Shown here piece by piece: positions 20,335 to 30,234 of a stretch of DNA of 64,000 bases. The notes under the pieces were generated by a model. That model was not told the DNA's origin. It searched no databases and saw only the letters and a list, made by a program, of their open reading frames with translations. Positions within the stretch are counted from its first letter, which is position 1, and each line of letters opens with the position of its first letter. Origin of the DNA: an uncultured delta proteobacterium (lineage in GTDB: Bacteria > Myxococcota_A > Polyangia > Polyangiales > Polyangiaceae). The stretch is taken from NCBI GenBank assembly GCA_963782055.1, contig CAWAIF010000003.1, positions 3,072,001 through 3,136,000 on the forward strand, in the 5' to 3' direction. A program made the position numbers and the translations under genes.

Positions 20335-22145
20335 CGCACCTGTGCCGCGGGCCACGCGGCGCCCGGGTCGAAGGGGACGAGCGCGAACTGTCGCTCGCCT
20401 GTCGTGACGAAGTGCCGGTAATCCATCCGCAAGACCAGGCTGGAGGTGGCGTGGAGGTGCGCCATCGCCGCGTCGTACTCCGCGCGGCTCTCCGGGAAGA
20501 AGAGGTGGGCGGTGCCGCCGCCGCTGGGGATCTCGTACGGGTAGCCGTAGCCCCAGCCGGCCGCGCCGCGCGCGCGGATCGACGGGACCACCACCGCCGC
20601 GTCACCGGTGCCGGCCTGCGCGATGAAGTCCCACGGCGCCTGGATGGCGGCGGCGAGATCGGTCAGCCGCGCCAGTCGCAGCGGCGTGACGGTGACCGCG
20701 CCGATGGCCACGAAGGCGACGAGCCCCCACTGCAGCCGCTCCTGCGCGCCCGGCCCCATGCCGCCGCAGATCGTCCACGCGCGGTGCAGGCCGCGCACCG
20801 CGAGCGGGATCAAGACGGGGACCAGGACGAAGGCGTAGGTCGGCCCGAAATCCCACGTCCCCGGCGCCGGGACCAGGACGTACGCGACGACGAAGCCGGC
20901 GAAGCACGCGCGGAGCAGCGCATCCCCCGGGGTGGCGTCGCGGCGCAACAGGCCGGCTGCGACGAGCGCGATCCCCCCGGGCAGACCCCAGAGCCACCCG
21001 TCGCAGCGCACGAGCATCGTCGCCTCGATCGCCGCGGCCTGCGCCGCCGTGTGGACGTAGGGGCCGTTGAACGACCGCTGGAAGCCCAGCCGGATGGGGT
21101 TGGGGTCCAGCGCGTAGCCGGTCTTCCAGAAGGAGCCGGTGAGGGCGTGGTCGTACCACGGCACCATCCACGCGACCGCAGCGAAGCCCGCGGCTGCCAG
21201 ACCGATCGCCGCCCATGGCACGCGCCGTCGCCACGCCTGGGCGACGAGCCAGAGCCCCGCAGGCGCGCCCAGCGCCACCGCGTCGTACGGCCGCGTGACG
21301 AAGAGCAGGCCCAGCGCCAGGCCGGCGAAGACGGTAGGGCGCGCCCGCCCGGTCCGCGCCGTCCGCGCCAGGGCCGCGAGCATCCCGGCGAACGCCGCCG
21401 CCGCAGTGCCGAACGCCAGCAATGACGCGTCGACGCACCAGACGAAGGGCGAGAGCGCGGTGAGGCACGCCGCCAGCTCGGCCTGCCGCCGGCCGAACGC
21501 GTCGCGCGTGAAGGACCAGACGGCGAGCACCGTCGCGCCGGCGAGCAGCGGGTGCACGACGTACGGCACCCCCGCGAGCACCCCGAGCGCGAGCACCGCG
21601 GCGTTGCCCGGGAAGTACTTACTGGCCAGCAGCGGGTGCACGATGAACATCTGGTTGCGGAAGGCGGCGGGCAGCCCGGGCTCGCTCACCTTGCCCGCGG
21701 CGAAGAGGTGCGCCTGGAAGAGGTACGCGCGCTCGTCGTCCAGGATGGCGGCCTTCTGGACGAGCGCGTAGGCGACGAAGGCTGCCAGCGCCACCGCGGC
21801 GGCGGCCGCGAGCACCGGCACCGCGCGCTCGTCCTCGCCCAGCGCCGCCTCCAGCCGGGCGAGCGGCGCCGGGTGCCGCCGGAGCGCCGCGGCGGCCAGC
21901 CAGACCGCGGGGAGCAGGAAGAGCGCGGCCACGAGCATCATCGCCGTCTCGTGCGGCGCGAGGAAGCGCGAGGAGTCCATCGTGCGGGGCGCGTCGATGG
22001 GCCGCATCAGGTACGGCGCGTCGAGGAACCAGCCGCACGCCTTCGCCGCGGCCCAGAAGAGGCCCACCAGCGCGATCGCCGCGCCCACCAGTGTGCGCGC
22101 GCGCAGGGGCGATGGTTCCCTTCGGTCGGCGGCCGGATCGGTCAA
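20331..22145 (-). CDS. GT-C (PMT/ArnT-like) membrane glycosyltransferase
   Basis: DDERAYLFQA acidic loop, SKYFPG, LSPF, TRPYDA; many TMs; TTG start overlapping upstream stop is inferred. Confidence 0.7.
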   Translation of the reverse strand: MTDPAADRREPSPLRARTLVGAAIALVGLFWAAAKACGWFLDAPYLMRPIDAPRTMDSSRFLAPHETAMMLVAALFLLPAVWLAAAALRRHPAPLARLEAALGEDERAVPVLAAAAAVALAAFVAYALVQKAAILDDERAYLFQAHLFAAGKVSEPGLPAAFRNQMFIVHPLLASKYFPGNAAVLALGVLAGVPYVVHPLLAGATVLAVWSFTRDAFGRRQAELAACLTALSPFVWCVDASLLAFGTAAAAFAGMLAALARTARTGRARPTVFAGLALGLLFVTRPYDAVALGAPAGLWLVAQAWRRRVPWAAIGLAAAGFAAVAWMVPWYDHALTGSFWKTGYALDPNPIRLGFQRSFNGPYVHTAAQAAAIEATMLVRCDGWLWGLPGGIALVAAGLLRRDATPGDALLRACFAGFVVAYVLVPAPGTWDFGPTYAFVLVPVLIPLAVRGLHRAWTICGGMGPGAQERLQWGLVAFVAIGAVTVTPLRLARLTDLAAAIQAPWDFIAQAGTGDAAVVVPSIRARGAAGWGYGYPYEIPSGGGTAHLFFPESRAEYDAAMAHLHATSSLVLRMDYRHFVTTGERQFALVPFDPGAAWPAAQVR

Positions 22146-23845
22146 CGCGGTCCTCCGTCGAGCTTGGCTAGCAGATCCCGCGCGCCGGCGTGGCCCGGAT
22201 CGTCGGCGAGCGCCGCCCGCGCCTCCGCCCGCGCCTCGTCCAGTCGCCCCATGTTCGCCAGGGCGAGCGCCTTCACGTAGTGGCCGTCGGCATAGTGCGG
22301 CTTGTGCTCCAGCGCGTGGTCGGCGTCGTGGAGCGCGGCGGCGTAGTGGCGCTGCACCAGCCGCGTGTAGCCCAGGTTGATCCACGCGCGCGGGTCGTTG
22401 GCGTTCCACGCCAGCGCGGTCTTGCACTCCGTCACCGCGTCGTCGGGGCGGTTCTCGTTCAGGTACACGTAGCAGAGGGCCACGTCCATGCGCCACGGCA
22501 CCGAGGCGTCTGCCTTGGCGCGCAGCAGCTCCGTCTCCGCCTCGCCGTAGCGTCCCTGCTTCGCGCGCAGCTCCCCGAGCAGCAGCCGCGCCCAGTAGCG
22601 CGACGGGTCGCGGGCGAGCTCCGCCTCGTAGAGCCGCTCCGGCGAGCGCCACTCGTCCAGGCGCGCCGCCAGGATGGGCACGAAGGACGCCGCCGCGCTC
22701 ACCGCCGCGACCGAGAGCAGCGCCCGCGCGCGCCGCCCCAGCGCGCTCGCCCCCGCGAAGAGCACCATGAGCAGGCCGATGGACGGAAAGTAGGCGTAGC
22801 GATCGCCGAGCTGGAAGAGGTGGGGCGCGCCGAGCCCGGCGGGCAGCAGCGCCGCGAGCGTCCACAGCCACCCGAGGAGGGCGACGCGACCGAGGGTCCC
22901 CGGCCCGCCGCGCGCGCTCAGCCGCAGCGGGCCGACCCGCCCCCACGCGGCGAGCAGGAGGGTGACCGCGAGGAGGGCGGCGGCGCCGGCGGCCACGACC
23001 CCGGCGGTCGACGGGCGGTAGACGTGAAAGAGGGAGAGCGTCGCCGGGTCCAGCGTGGCGCGCCCCAGGATGCCGACCGTCACCACGTAGCTCCCCACCG
23101 CGCCCCACAGCGTGCTGCCGGCGGTGACGGAGTCGGAGACGACGTGCAGCACGCGCCGCACGCCGAAGTAGAGCGCCGTGGTCACGACGAGCGCGGCGTA
23201 CTTGGTGAGCATGTCGGCGGAGCGCCGGCGCAGCACCAGCACGTCGTCCAGGAAGAGGAGCGCCGGCACCATCAGGTACGGCTCCTTGCACAGGATGGCG
23301 CCCGCGTAGGAGAGCACCACCAGCCCCACGCGCCCTTGCCGCCGGTTGGCCAGCAGGGCACACACCGCGAGGAGGGTGCCGAGCAGATCGAAGCGGCCGA
23401 CGATCCAGACCACCGCCTCCGAGTTGACCGGGAGCAGGGCGAAGACCAGCGCGCACGCCCACGGCAGCGCGGAGCGCGCGTGGCCTGCGAGCGAGGAGAG
23501 CCAGCGTCGCACCGCGACGGCGCACGCGGCGTGGAGCAGGATGTTACCCAGGTGGTACGAGGCGGAGGTGTTGCCGCCGATCCAGCGGTTCAGCGCGAGG
23601 GAGATCGCGCCGAGGGGCCGGTAGTACCCGCTCGCCTCGCCCTTGGCCGAGGCCACCCAGAGGTCGGAGGTCGCCAGGTGCCAGAGCCCGCCCGCCGAGG
23701 AGAGGTAGGGGTTGCGCGTGGCGATGAACTCGTCGTCCCACACCGGGGCGGCGTGCAGCGCGTGGGCAAAGGCGGCCACGGTGACCGCCGCCAGCAGCAC
23801 ATCCCCCATCGTCGCCTTGCTCGGTGCACGCATCACGTCACGCAC
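22142..23845 (-). CDS. TMTC-like GT-C glycosyltransferase with C-terminal TPR repeats
   Basis: VWDD, YYRPL, YHLGNILLH, PVNSEAVVWIVGRFDLL, CKE, DRYAYFPS; about four TPRs at C-terminus; start may be ATG 23833. Confidence 0.8.
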   Translation of the reverse strand: MRDVMRAPSKATMGDVLLAAVTVAAFAHALHAAPVWDDEFIATRNPYLSSAGGLWHLATSDLWVASAKGEASGYYRPLGAISLALNRWIGGNTSASYHLGNILLHAACAVAVRRWLSSLAGHARSALPWACALVFALLPVNSEAVVWIVGRFDLLGTLLAVCALLANRRQGRVGLVVLSYAGAILCKEPYLMVPALLFLDDVLVLRRRSADMLTKYAALVVTTALYFGVRRVLHVVSDSVTAGSTLWGAVGSYVVTVGILGRATLDPATLSLFHVYRPSTAGVVAAGAAALLAVTLLLAAWGRVGPLRLSARGGPGTLGRVALLGWLWTLAALLPAGLGAPHLFQLGDRYAYFPSIGLLMVLFAGASALGRRARALLSVAAVSAAASFVPILAARLDEWRSPERLYEAELARDPSRYWARLLLGELRAKQGRYGEAETELLRAKADASVPWRMDVALCYVYLNENRPDDAVTECKTALAWNANDPRAWINLGYTRLVQRHYAAALHDADHALEHKPHYADGHYVKALALANMGRLDEARAEARAALADDPGHAGARDLLAKLDGGPR

Positions 23846-23890
23846 AAAAGCACGACGCGCCGCGGGCCGAAGCCCGCAGCGCGCCGAGTG
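23846..23890 (-). terminator. Intrinsic terminator-like hairpin after major pilin
   Basis: Minus strand GCGGGC-TTCG-GCCCGC stem with extension, followed by CTTTTG. Confidence 0.7.
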
Positions 23891-23914
23891 GTGTACTTCG
23901 CAGAGCGAGCGCGC

Positions 23915-24499
23915 TCACTCCTCCGGGTTGGTCTCCAGGGCCTTCGGGGCCACGACGAGCTGGCCGCTCGTGGCGTCCACGTTGCCGGTCAGCACGAACG
24001 AGGACGTCGTGCCGTTGCCGTCCAGGTCGCCCTGGGCGATGGCGGAGAAGGTGGTGCCGATCGTCTGAGCGGCGCAGTTGCCGTCGGACTGGTAGTCGTA
24101 CTGGTAGTACTGCGGCTGCTCGATGTTGTACTTCAGGCAGGTCCAGCCGTTGAGCGAGTCGCCGGTGGCCCAGTCGGACGCCGCCGAGGTGTACTTGGAG
24201 CTCTTGGGCACGGTCGCCGGAACGGGGGACGCCGCCTTGCCGCAGAGGCACTCGTTGATCGGCGTGGTGCCGCCGGCCGACACGAAGGAGCCGGACATCT
24301 TCTCGCGCGTGAACGCTTCCTGCGCGTTCTTGGCCATCTGGCCGACGTTGTTCGTGGCCTCCGCCGTCTTCGACGTCTTGAGGTACTTGCTGACGCCGTA
24401 GATGGCGAGCACCGCGAGGATGCCGATGATCGCGACGACGATCATCAGCTCGATGAGCGTGAAGCCTCGCCGTTTCGCGTTACCAAACATTGCGTTCAT
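23915..24499 (-). CDS. pilA: Type IV pilin, probable major pilin
   Basis: KRRG|FTLIELMIVVAIIGILA; AGGAGA RBS; terminator downstream. Confidence 0.9.
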   Translation of the reverse strand: MNAMFGNAKRRGFTLIELMIVVAIIGILAVLAIYGVSKYLKTSKTAEATNNVGQMAKNAQEAFTREKMSGSFVSAGGTTPINECLCGKAASPVPATVPKSSKYTSAASDWATGDSLNGWTCLKYNIEQPQYYQYDYQSDGNCAAQTIGTTFSAIAQGDLDGNGTTSSFVLTGNVDATSGQLVVAPKALETNPEE

Positions 24500-24564
24500 C
24501 CTGATCTCCTTTCGAGGTCCACACTCTTCGCGACACATCCCGACACACTCGAGATACGTCACAT

Positions 24565-25122
24565 TCACTCGCCGTCTTTATCGATGAAGATTTCTTTTTG
24601 CCACGAGGTGCCCACCGCGGTGCAGTAGACGCCGTTGCCGTCCATGTCGCCCATCGCCGAGACGACGAACCAGTCGGAGGTCATGTCGCTGGCGGCGGGG
24701 AAGGTGATGGTGCTCACCGGCGGCGCGGGGAGGTTGGCGCCGAGCGGACCGGCCATCGTCGCGTAGCCGAAGCGCACCGGCCCGTTGGCGTGCACCGGGA
24801 GGCGCCTCCACCCCTGCGGGTCCGCGCACCAGGAGCAGTCCGCGCCCCAGCCGGTGGCGATGCCGGGGTCGGCGTTGGCGCGCGGGTACAGGTTGCCGAG
24901 GCCGAGGCCGTTGGAGATGTTGGCGTACTGGCCCGTCTCGGCGTGGTACGTCTCCTGGGCGACCTTGATCGAGTTGATCATCTCGGTGGCTTCGGCGGTG
25001 TGGGACGAGGTAACCAGCTTGCGGTAACCGACGACCGCGAGGAACGCGAGGATCGCGATGATGGTCACCACGACCATGAGCTCCACCAGGGTGAAGCCGC
25101 GATCCGCTCGACTGCGTGTCAT
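24565..25122 (-). CDS. Type IV pilin
   Basis: DRG|FTLVELMVVVTIIAILA; C-terminal GDMDGNG. Confidence 0.88.
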   Translation of the reverse strand: MTRSRADRGFTLVELMVVVTIIAILAFLAVVGYRKLVTSSHTAEATEMINSIKVAQETYHAETGQYANISNGLGLGNLYPRANADPGIATGWGADCSWCADPQGWRRLPVHANGPVRFGYATMAGPLGANLPAPPVSTITFPAASDMTSDWFVVSAMGDMDGNGVYCTAVGTSWQKEIFIDKDGE

Positions 25123-25135
25123 CGGTCGAGGCACA

Positions 25136-25151
25136 TGCAGCGGTCGTGCCA
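25136..25151 (-). promoter_or_regulatory. Sigma54 -24/-12 promoter of pilin genes
   Basis: TGGCACGACCGCTGCA, near-consensus, immediately downstream of a sigma54 activator gene. Confidence 0.75.
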
Positions 25152-25250
25152 GAGGCATCTTCCCCCGGATTTCGCGGCAGGTTGGGGCTCCGAGGGGCTC
25201 CGACTGACAATTTCCGTCACCCCGCCCAACAAAGATCGTCACTCGCCGCA

Positions 25251-26735
<1,485 letters not shown>

Positions 26736-26870
26736 CGTCTCAGACTAGCGCCCTGGCGCCGGCGGGGAAAAGCTTTCCTCGGGGGAGCGGGGCACGGTCG
26801 AGGCCGGCGTTTTGCCAGGCCTCAGCTTCCAGATCGAGCGGGGAGGCGGCTTGTGCCGCCGGGAGGTCTT

Positions 26871-29800
26871 CTAGTCCAGGTGGACGATGACGTTCTTGTT
26901 CTCGCCGGCGCCCACGCTGACGTGGACCACCTTCTTCAGGCTCTTGCCGGGGTTGATGAAGATGAGGGTGTGCGACCCGGCCGAGACGGACACGTTCTTC
27001 TTGGGCACCGCGCCGAGCGGCTTGCCGTCCAGCACCACGACCGTACCGCCCATCGGCAGGGCGTTGATGACCGCGAGCTTGGCGCCGCCCGAGGGGGTGA
27101 CGTGGGTCGTCGTGGTGTGGGTGGTCGTGGTGTGGGTCGTGTGGGTGGTCGTCGGGTGGTACGTGGGGGCGGCGCCCTTCGCCTGCAGCTCGACGTTGAA
27201 CACCTTCTCTGCCTGCCCGTCGTCGAAGCTGATGGGCAGCTTGGCTTCCTCGTAGCCGAACTTGGAGGCCTCGATCGTCCAGGTCGCCTTGCTGGTGTCG
27301 ATGTCCACCGAGATCGGGAAGGTGGTGACGTTGCGGCGATCGCCGGTGGAGGACACCAGCGTCACCTTCGCCCCGGGCGTGCCGAGGGTGATCGTCGCCT
27401 TGCCGATGAGCACCTTGAGGGTGACGCTGTCGAGGTCGGTGACCTCGCCCTCCTTCACCGTCACCGTCTTCTCGAGCGGCTCGTAGCGCTGGACCTCCTT
27501 GTGGGTCTTGGCGTCCACCTCCGGCTTGCCGACGAACTTCAGCTGGTGGTCGCCCGGTTTGAGATCGTGCAGCTCCTGCGGGAGGCTGCCGACATCGCTG
27601 CCGTCCACCAGCAGCTTCACGCCGGGCTGCGTGCCGGTCACCTTGAACCCGGTGCCGGCGGCCGCGCCGCCGGAGAGGGCGAAGTCGATCTGCGCGGTCT
27701 TGCCCGACTCCACGGCGATGAGCTTCGGCGCGGGGGTGTCGTAGCCCTTCGCCGTGACCTTCACCTCGTGGGAGCCCGTCTTCACCTTGGTCACCGAGCA
27801 CGGGGCGTGATCGCACACTGTCTTGCCGTCGACGGTGACCTCCAGCGAGCTCACCGCGCCGCCCTTCGAGTCGGCGACGTTGATGGCGATGTTGCCGGTG
27901 TGCGGCATGAGGAACATGTACCCGCCCACGGCGCCGGCGATGACGAGCACCGCCACGAAGAGGCCGATGATGAGGCCGGCCTTGCTGGAGCTCGGCGGGC
28001 GCACCAGCGCCGTCGCCTCCATCGTGCGGGGGGCCTGCTGCATCATCTGCTGCATCTGCGGCTGCTGCATGCCCTGCTGCATCTGCGGCTGCTGCATCTG
28101 CTGCTGCATGCCCTGCTGCGGCATGCCCTGCGCAGGCTGCGTCATCTGGAAGGCGGCGCCCGGTGGGGGCGGCGGCGCCGCCGACGGCGGCCGCGGCGGC
28201 ATCTGCAGCGGCTCGGTGTGGACCTGGCCGGCGAGGTTGCCGACGGGCGGCGCCTGGCCGAGCGGCATCGTCATCCCGTGTGGGTTGATGAGCGGACGCG
28301 GGTCGATCGTGGGCGGGGGCGGCGCCATCGCGCCGGCCGGCGCGGAGGACGCGCGGGCGAAGGCGCTGCCGACCGACGAGGCCGGCGGCGGCGGGGGCAT
28401 CGCGCCGGGCGGCGGGGGCGGCGGCGCGTTCATGGCCATCGTGCGCTGGAAGCCCATGTTGTTGCCGGGGGGCGGGGGCGGCGGCGCGGACTTGTTGAGG
28501 AGGGGCGCGGTGGCCGGCGGCGGGGGCACGGCGCGGGCGCCGGCCGCGGGACGGCCGGCGGCGGGGGCAGGCGCGGGCCCGGCGTGGGAGCCCTCGCTGT
28601 CCTTGTCGAAGATGTGGGTCGCCTCGTCGTCGTCGTCCCAGTCCATGTCCATGCCGCCGCTCGGCGCGGCGGCGTACGGGGCGGGACGTGTGGAGGCGGG
28701 GGGAGGAGCGCTCTTGCTGGGCGGCGGCGCGACGGCGGGCAGGGACCCACGGCCGGCGCCGGGCGGACCGGACCGCGGGGGCGGCACGACGGGCGGGTGG
28801 CCGATGCCGGTCTGCGGCGCAGCGATGCCGAGGAGGGTCTTCTTTCCGAGATCTCCGCTCGTGGGGGGCGGCGGCGGTGCGCCGCGCGAACCCGGAGGCG
28901 GCGGCACGCGTGAAGGTGCGGGCGGGCCGGCAGAAGGACTCTTCTTTCCGAGCCCCTCGAAGATGTCGAGGTCCGAGCCCTTGTTATCAGCAGCCATCGG
29001 TGTCTCCTGCCCTCTTGGGGGCGCCCCTGCGTTATAGCTCATGCCGGCGCCGGAAGCGCGAGAAGCTTGTACGGATCCCGGGGCTTGCGGTTGCCCTCGG
29101 GGTACCTGAGGTGTGGGCCTCGGACCGGAGTGCGAGCCCGGGTCCAGCCCGGTCTTGTCCGCGGCCTCCGCAAAAGCGCGACGCATGTATGCGGCGACCT
29201 CTTCCCGTGCGGCCACCGCCGAGGCGCTCTCGGCGAGGGCGTTGAGATCGCGGTAAAGCTCCTTCGCCGACCGGTAGCGGCCGTCCAGGTCCTTGGAGAG
29301 CGCCTTAAGCACGATGCGGTCGAGCTCGGGCGGCACGGAGGCGTCGAGCGACGACGGCGGCGGGATCTTCAGGTTGCGGATCTTCTCCAGGACGAGGATC
29401 TCGTTCTCGGCGGCGAAGAGGCGCTGCAGCGTGAGCAGCTCCCACATGCTGATGCCGAGGGAGAAGATGTCGGTGCGCTGATCCACCTCCATCCCGCGAA
29501 CCTGCTCGGGGCTCATGTACCCGAACTTGCCCTTGATGGTGCCGACGGCGGTGCGGCTCAACTTCCCGGCGGCCTTGGCGATGCCGAAGTCGATCAGCTT
29601 CACGTCGCCGTCGAACGACACGACGATGTTCTGCGGGCTCACGTCGCGGTGCACGATGGAGACCGGCGCGCCGCTGGCGTCTCTCCGGGCGTGCGCGTAG
29701 GAGAGCCCCTCCCCGATGCGCGCGAAGACGTAGAGCAGGAAGGACAGGGGGATGCGCTCCTTCAGCCGCACCGCGCGCTCGTAGATGGCGCGCATGTCCT

Positions 29801-30080
29801 TGCCGTTCACGTACTCGAAGGCGATGTAGTAGCTCTGGTCGATGGTGCCGAAGTCCAGCGTCCGCGCGATGTGCGGGTGCTCCAGCTGCGAGGCGATGCG
29901 CGCCTCGTCCTCGAACATCTGGATGAACTCCTCGTCTTCCGCGATGTGCGGGAGGATCTTCTTCAGCGCCACCACCTGGCCACCGCGCCTGGCGTCGCGC
30001 GCACGAAACACCTCGGCCATCCCGCCCGCGCTGATGCGATCGAGCAGCTCGTAGCGGCCGAAAGGCTGGGGGCGGTTCAC
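26871..30080 (-). CDS. Ser/Thr protein kinase with Pro/Gln-rich linker, TM and PEGA-like extracytoplasmic domains
   Basis: GGMAEVF, VALKK, HRDVSPQN, DFG, YMSPEQ; TM IIGLFVAVLVIAGAVGGY; GSHEVKVTAKGY; GGAGG upstream of GTG 30080. Confidence 0.88.
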   Translation of the reverse strand: MNRPQPFGRYELLDRISAGGMAEVFRARDARRGGQVVALKKILPHIAEDEEFIQMFEDEARIASQLEHPHIARTLDFGTIDQSYYIAFEYVNGKDMRAIYERAVRLKERIPLSFLLYVFARIGEGLSYAHARRDASGAPVSIVHRDVSPQNIVVSFDGDVKLIDFGIAKAAGKLSRTAVGTIKGKFGYMSPEQVRGMEVDQRTDIFSLGISMWELLTLQRLFAAENEILVLEKIRNLKIPPPSSLDASVPPELDRIVLKALSKDLDGRYRSAKELYRDLNALAESASAVAAREEVAAYMRRAFAEAADKTGLDPGSHSGPRPTPQVPRGQPQAPGSVQASRASGAGMSYNAGAPPRGQETPMAADNKGSDLDIFEGLGKKSPSAGPPAPSRVPPPPGSRGAPPPPPTSGDLGKKTLLGIAAPQTGIGHPPVVPPPRSGPPGAGRGSLPAVAPPPSKSAPPPASTRPAPYAAAPSGGMDMDWDDDDEATHIFDKDSEGSHAGPAPAPAAGRPAAGARAVPPPPATAPLLNKSAPPPPPPGNNMGFQRTMAMNAPPPPPPGAMPPPPPASSVGSAFARASSAPAGAMAPPPPTIDPRPLINPHGMTMPLGQAPPVGNLAGQVHTEPLQMPPRPPSAAPPPPPGAAFQMTQPAQGMPQQGMQQQMQQPQMQQGMQQPQMQQMMQQAPRTMEATALVRPPSSSKAGLIIGLFVAVLVIAGAVGGYMFLMPHTGNIAINVADSKGGAVSSLEVTVDGKTVCDHAPCSVTKVKTGSHEVKVTAKGYDTPAPKLIAVESGKTAQIDFALSGGAAAGTGFKVTGTQPGVKLLVDGSDVGSLPQELHDLKPGDHQLKFVGKPEVDAKTHKEVQRYEPLEKTVTVKEGEVTDLDSVTLKVLIGKATITLGTPGAKVTLVSSTGDRRNVTTFPISVDIDTSKATWTIEASKFGYEEAKLPISFDDGQAEKVFNVELQAKGAAPTYHPTTTHTTHTTTTHTTTTHVTPSGGAKLAVINALPMGGTVVVLDGKPLGAVPKKNVSVSAGSHTLIFINPGKSLKKVVHVSVGAGENKNVIVHLD

Positions 30081-30234
30081 TCTCGCCTCCCGCCCGCGGG
30101 CGCCCGCTGGCAATGAACCCTGACCACGCTTTCCCTGGGATTTTTTGTACCGGCCCGTTCGGGGCCCGGTCAATCGAAAGTCTCGCACAGGGCCGGGATT
30201 TTCGCAGGCTCGAGCGTGCCTTCGACGTCGCGCG

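Noticed and set aside
20331..23525. 1064-aa fused glycosyltransferase ORF
   Set aside because: The first ~460 codons are an off-frame read of the 22142..23845 gene; the plausible protein begins near 22145
26802..26817. TGGCAAAACGCCGGCC as a sigma54 promoter for pilR
   Set aside because: Poor -12 element, and a -10-like TAGTCT just before the ATG explains expression better
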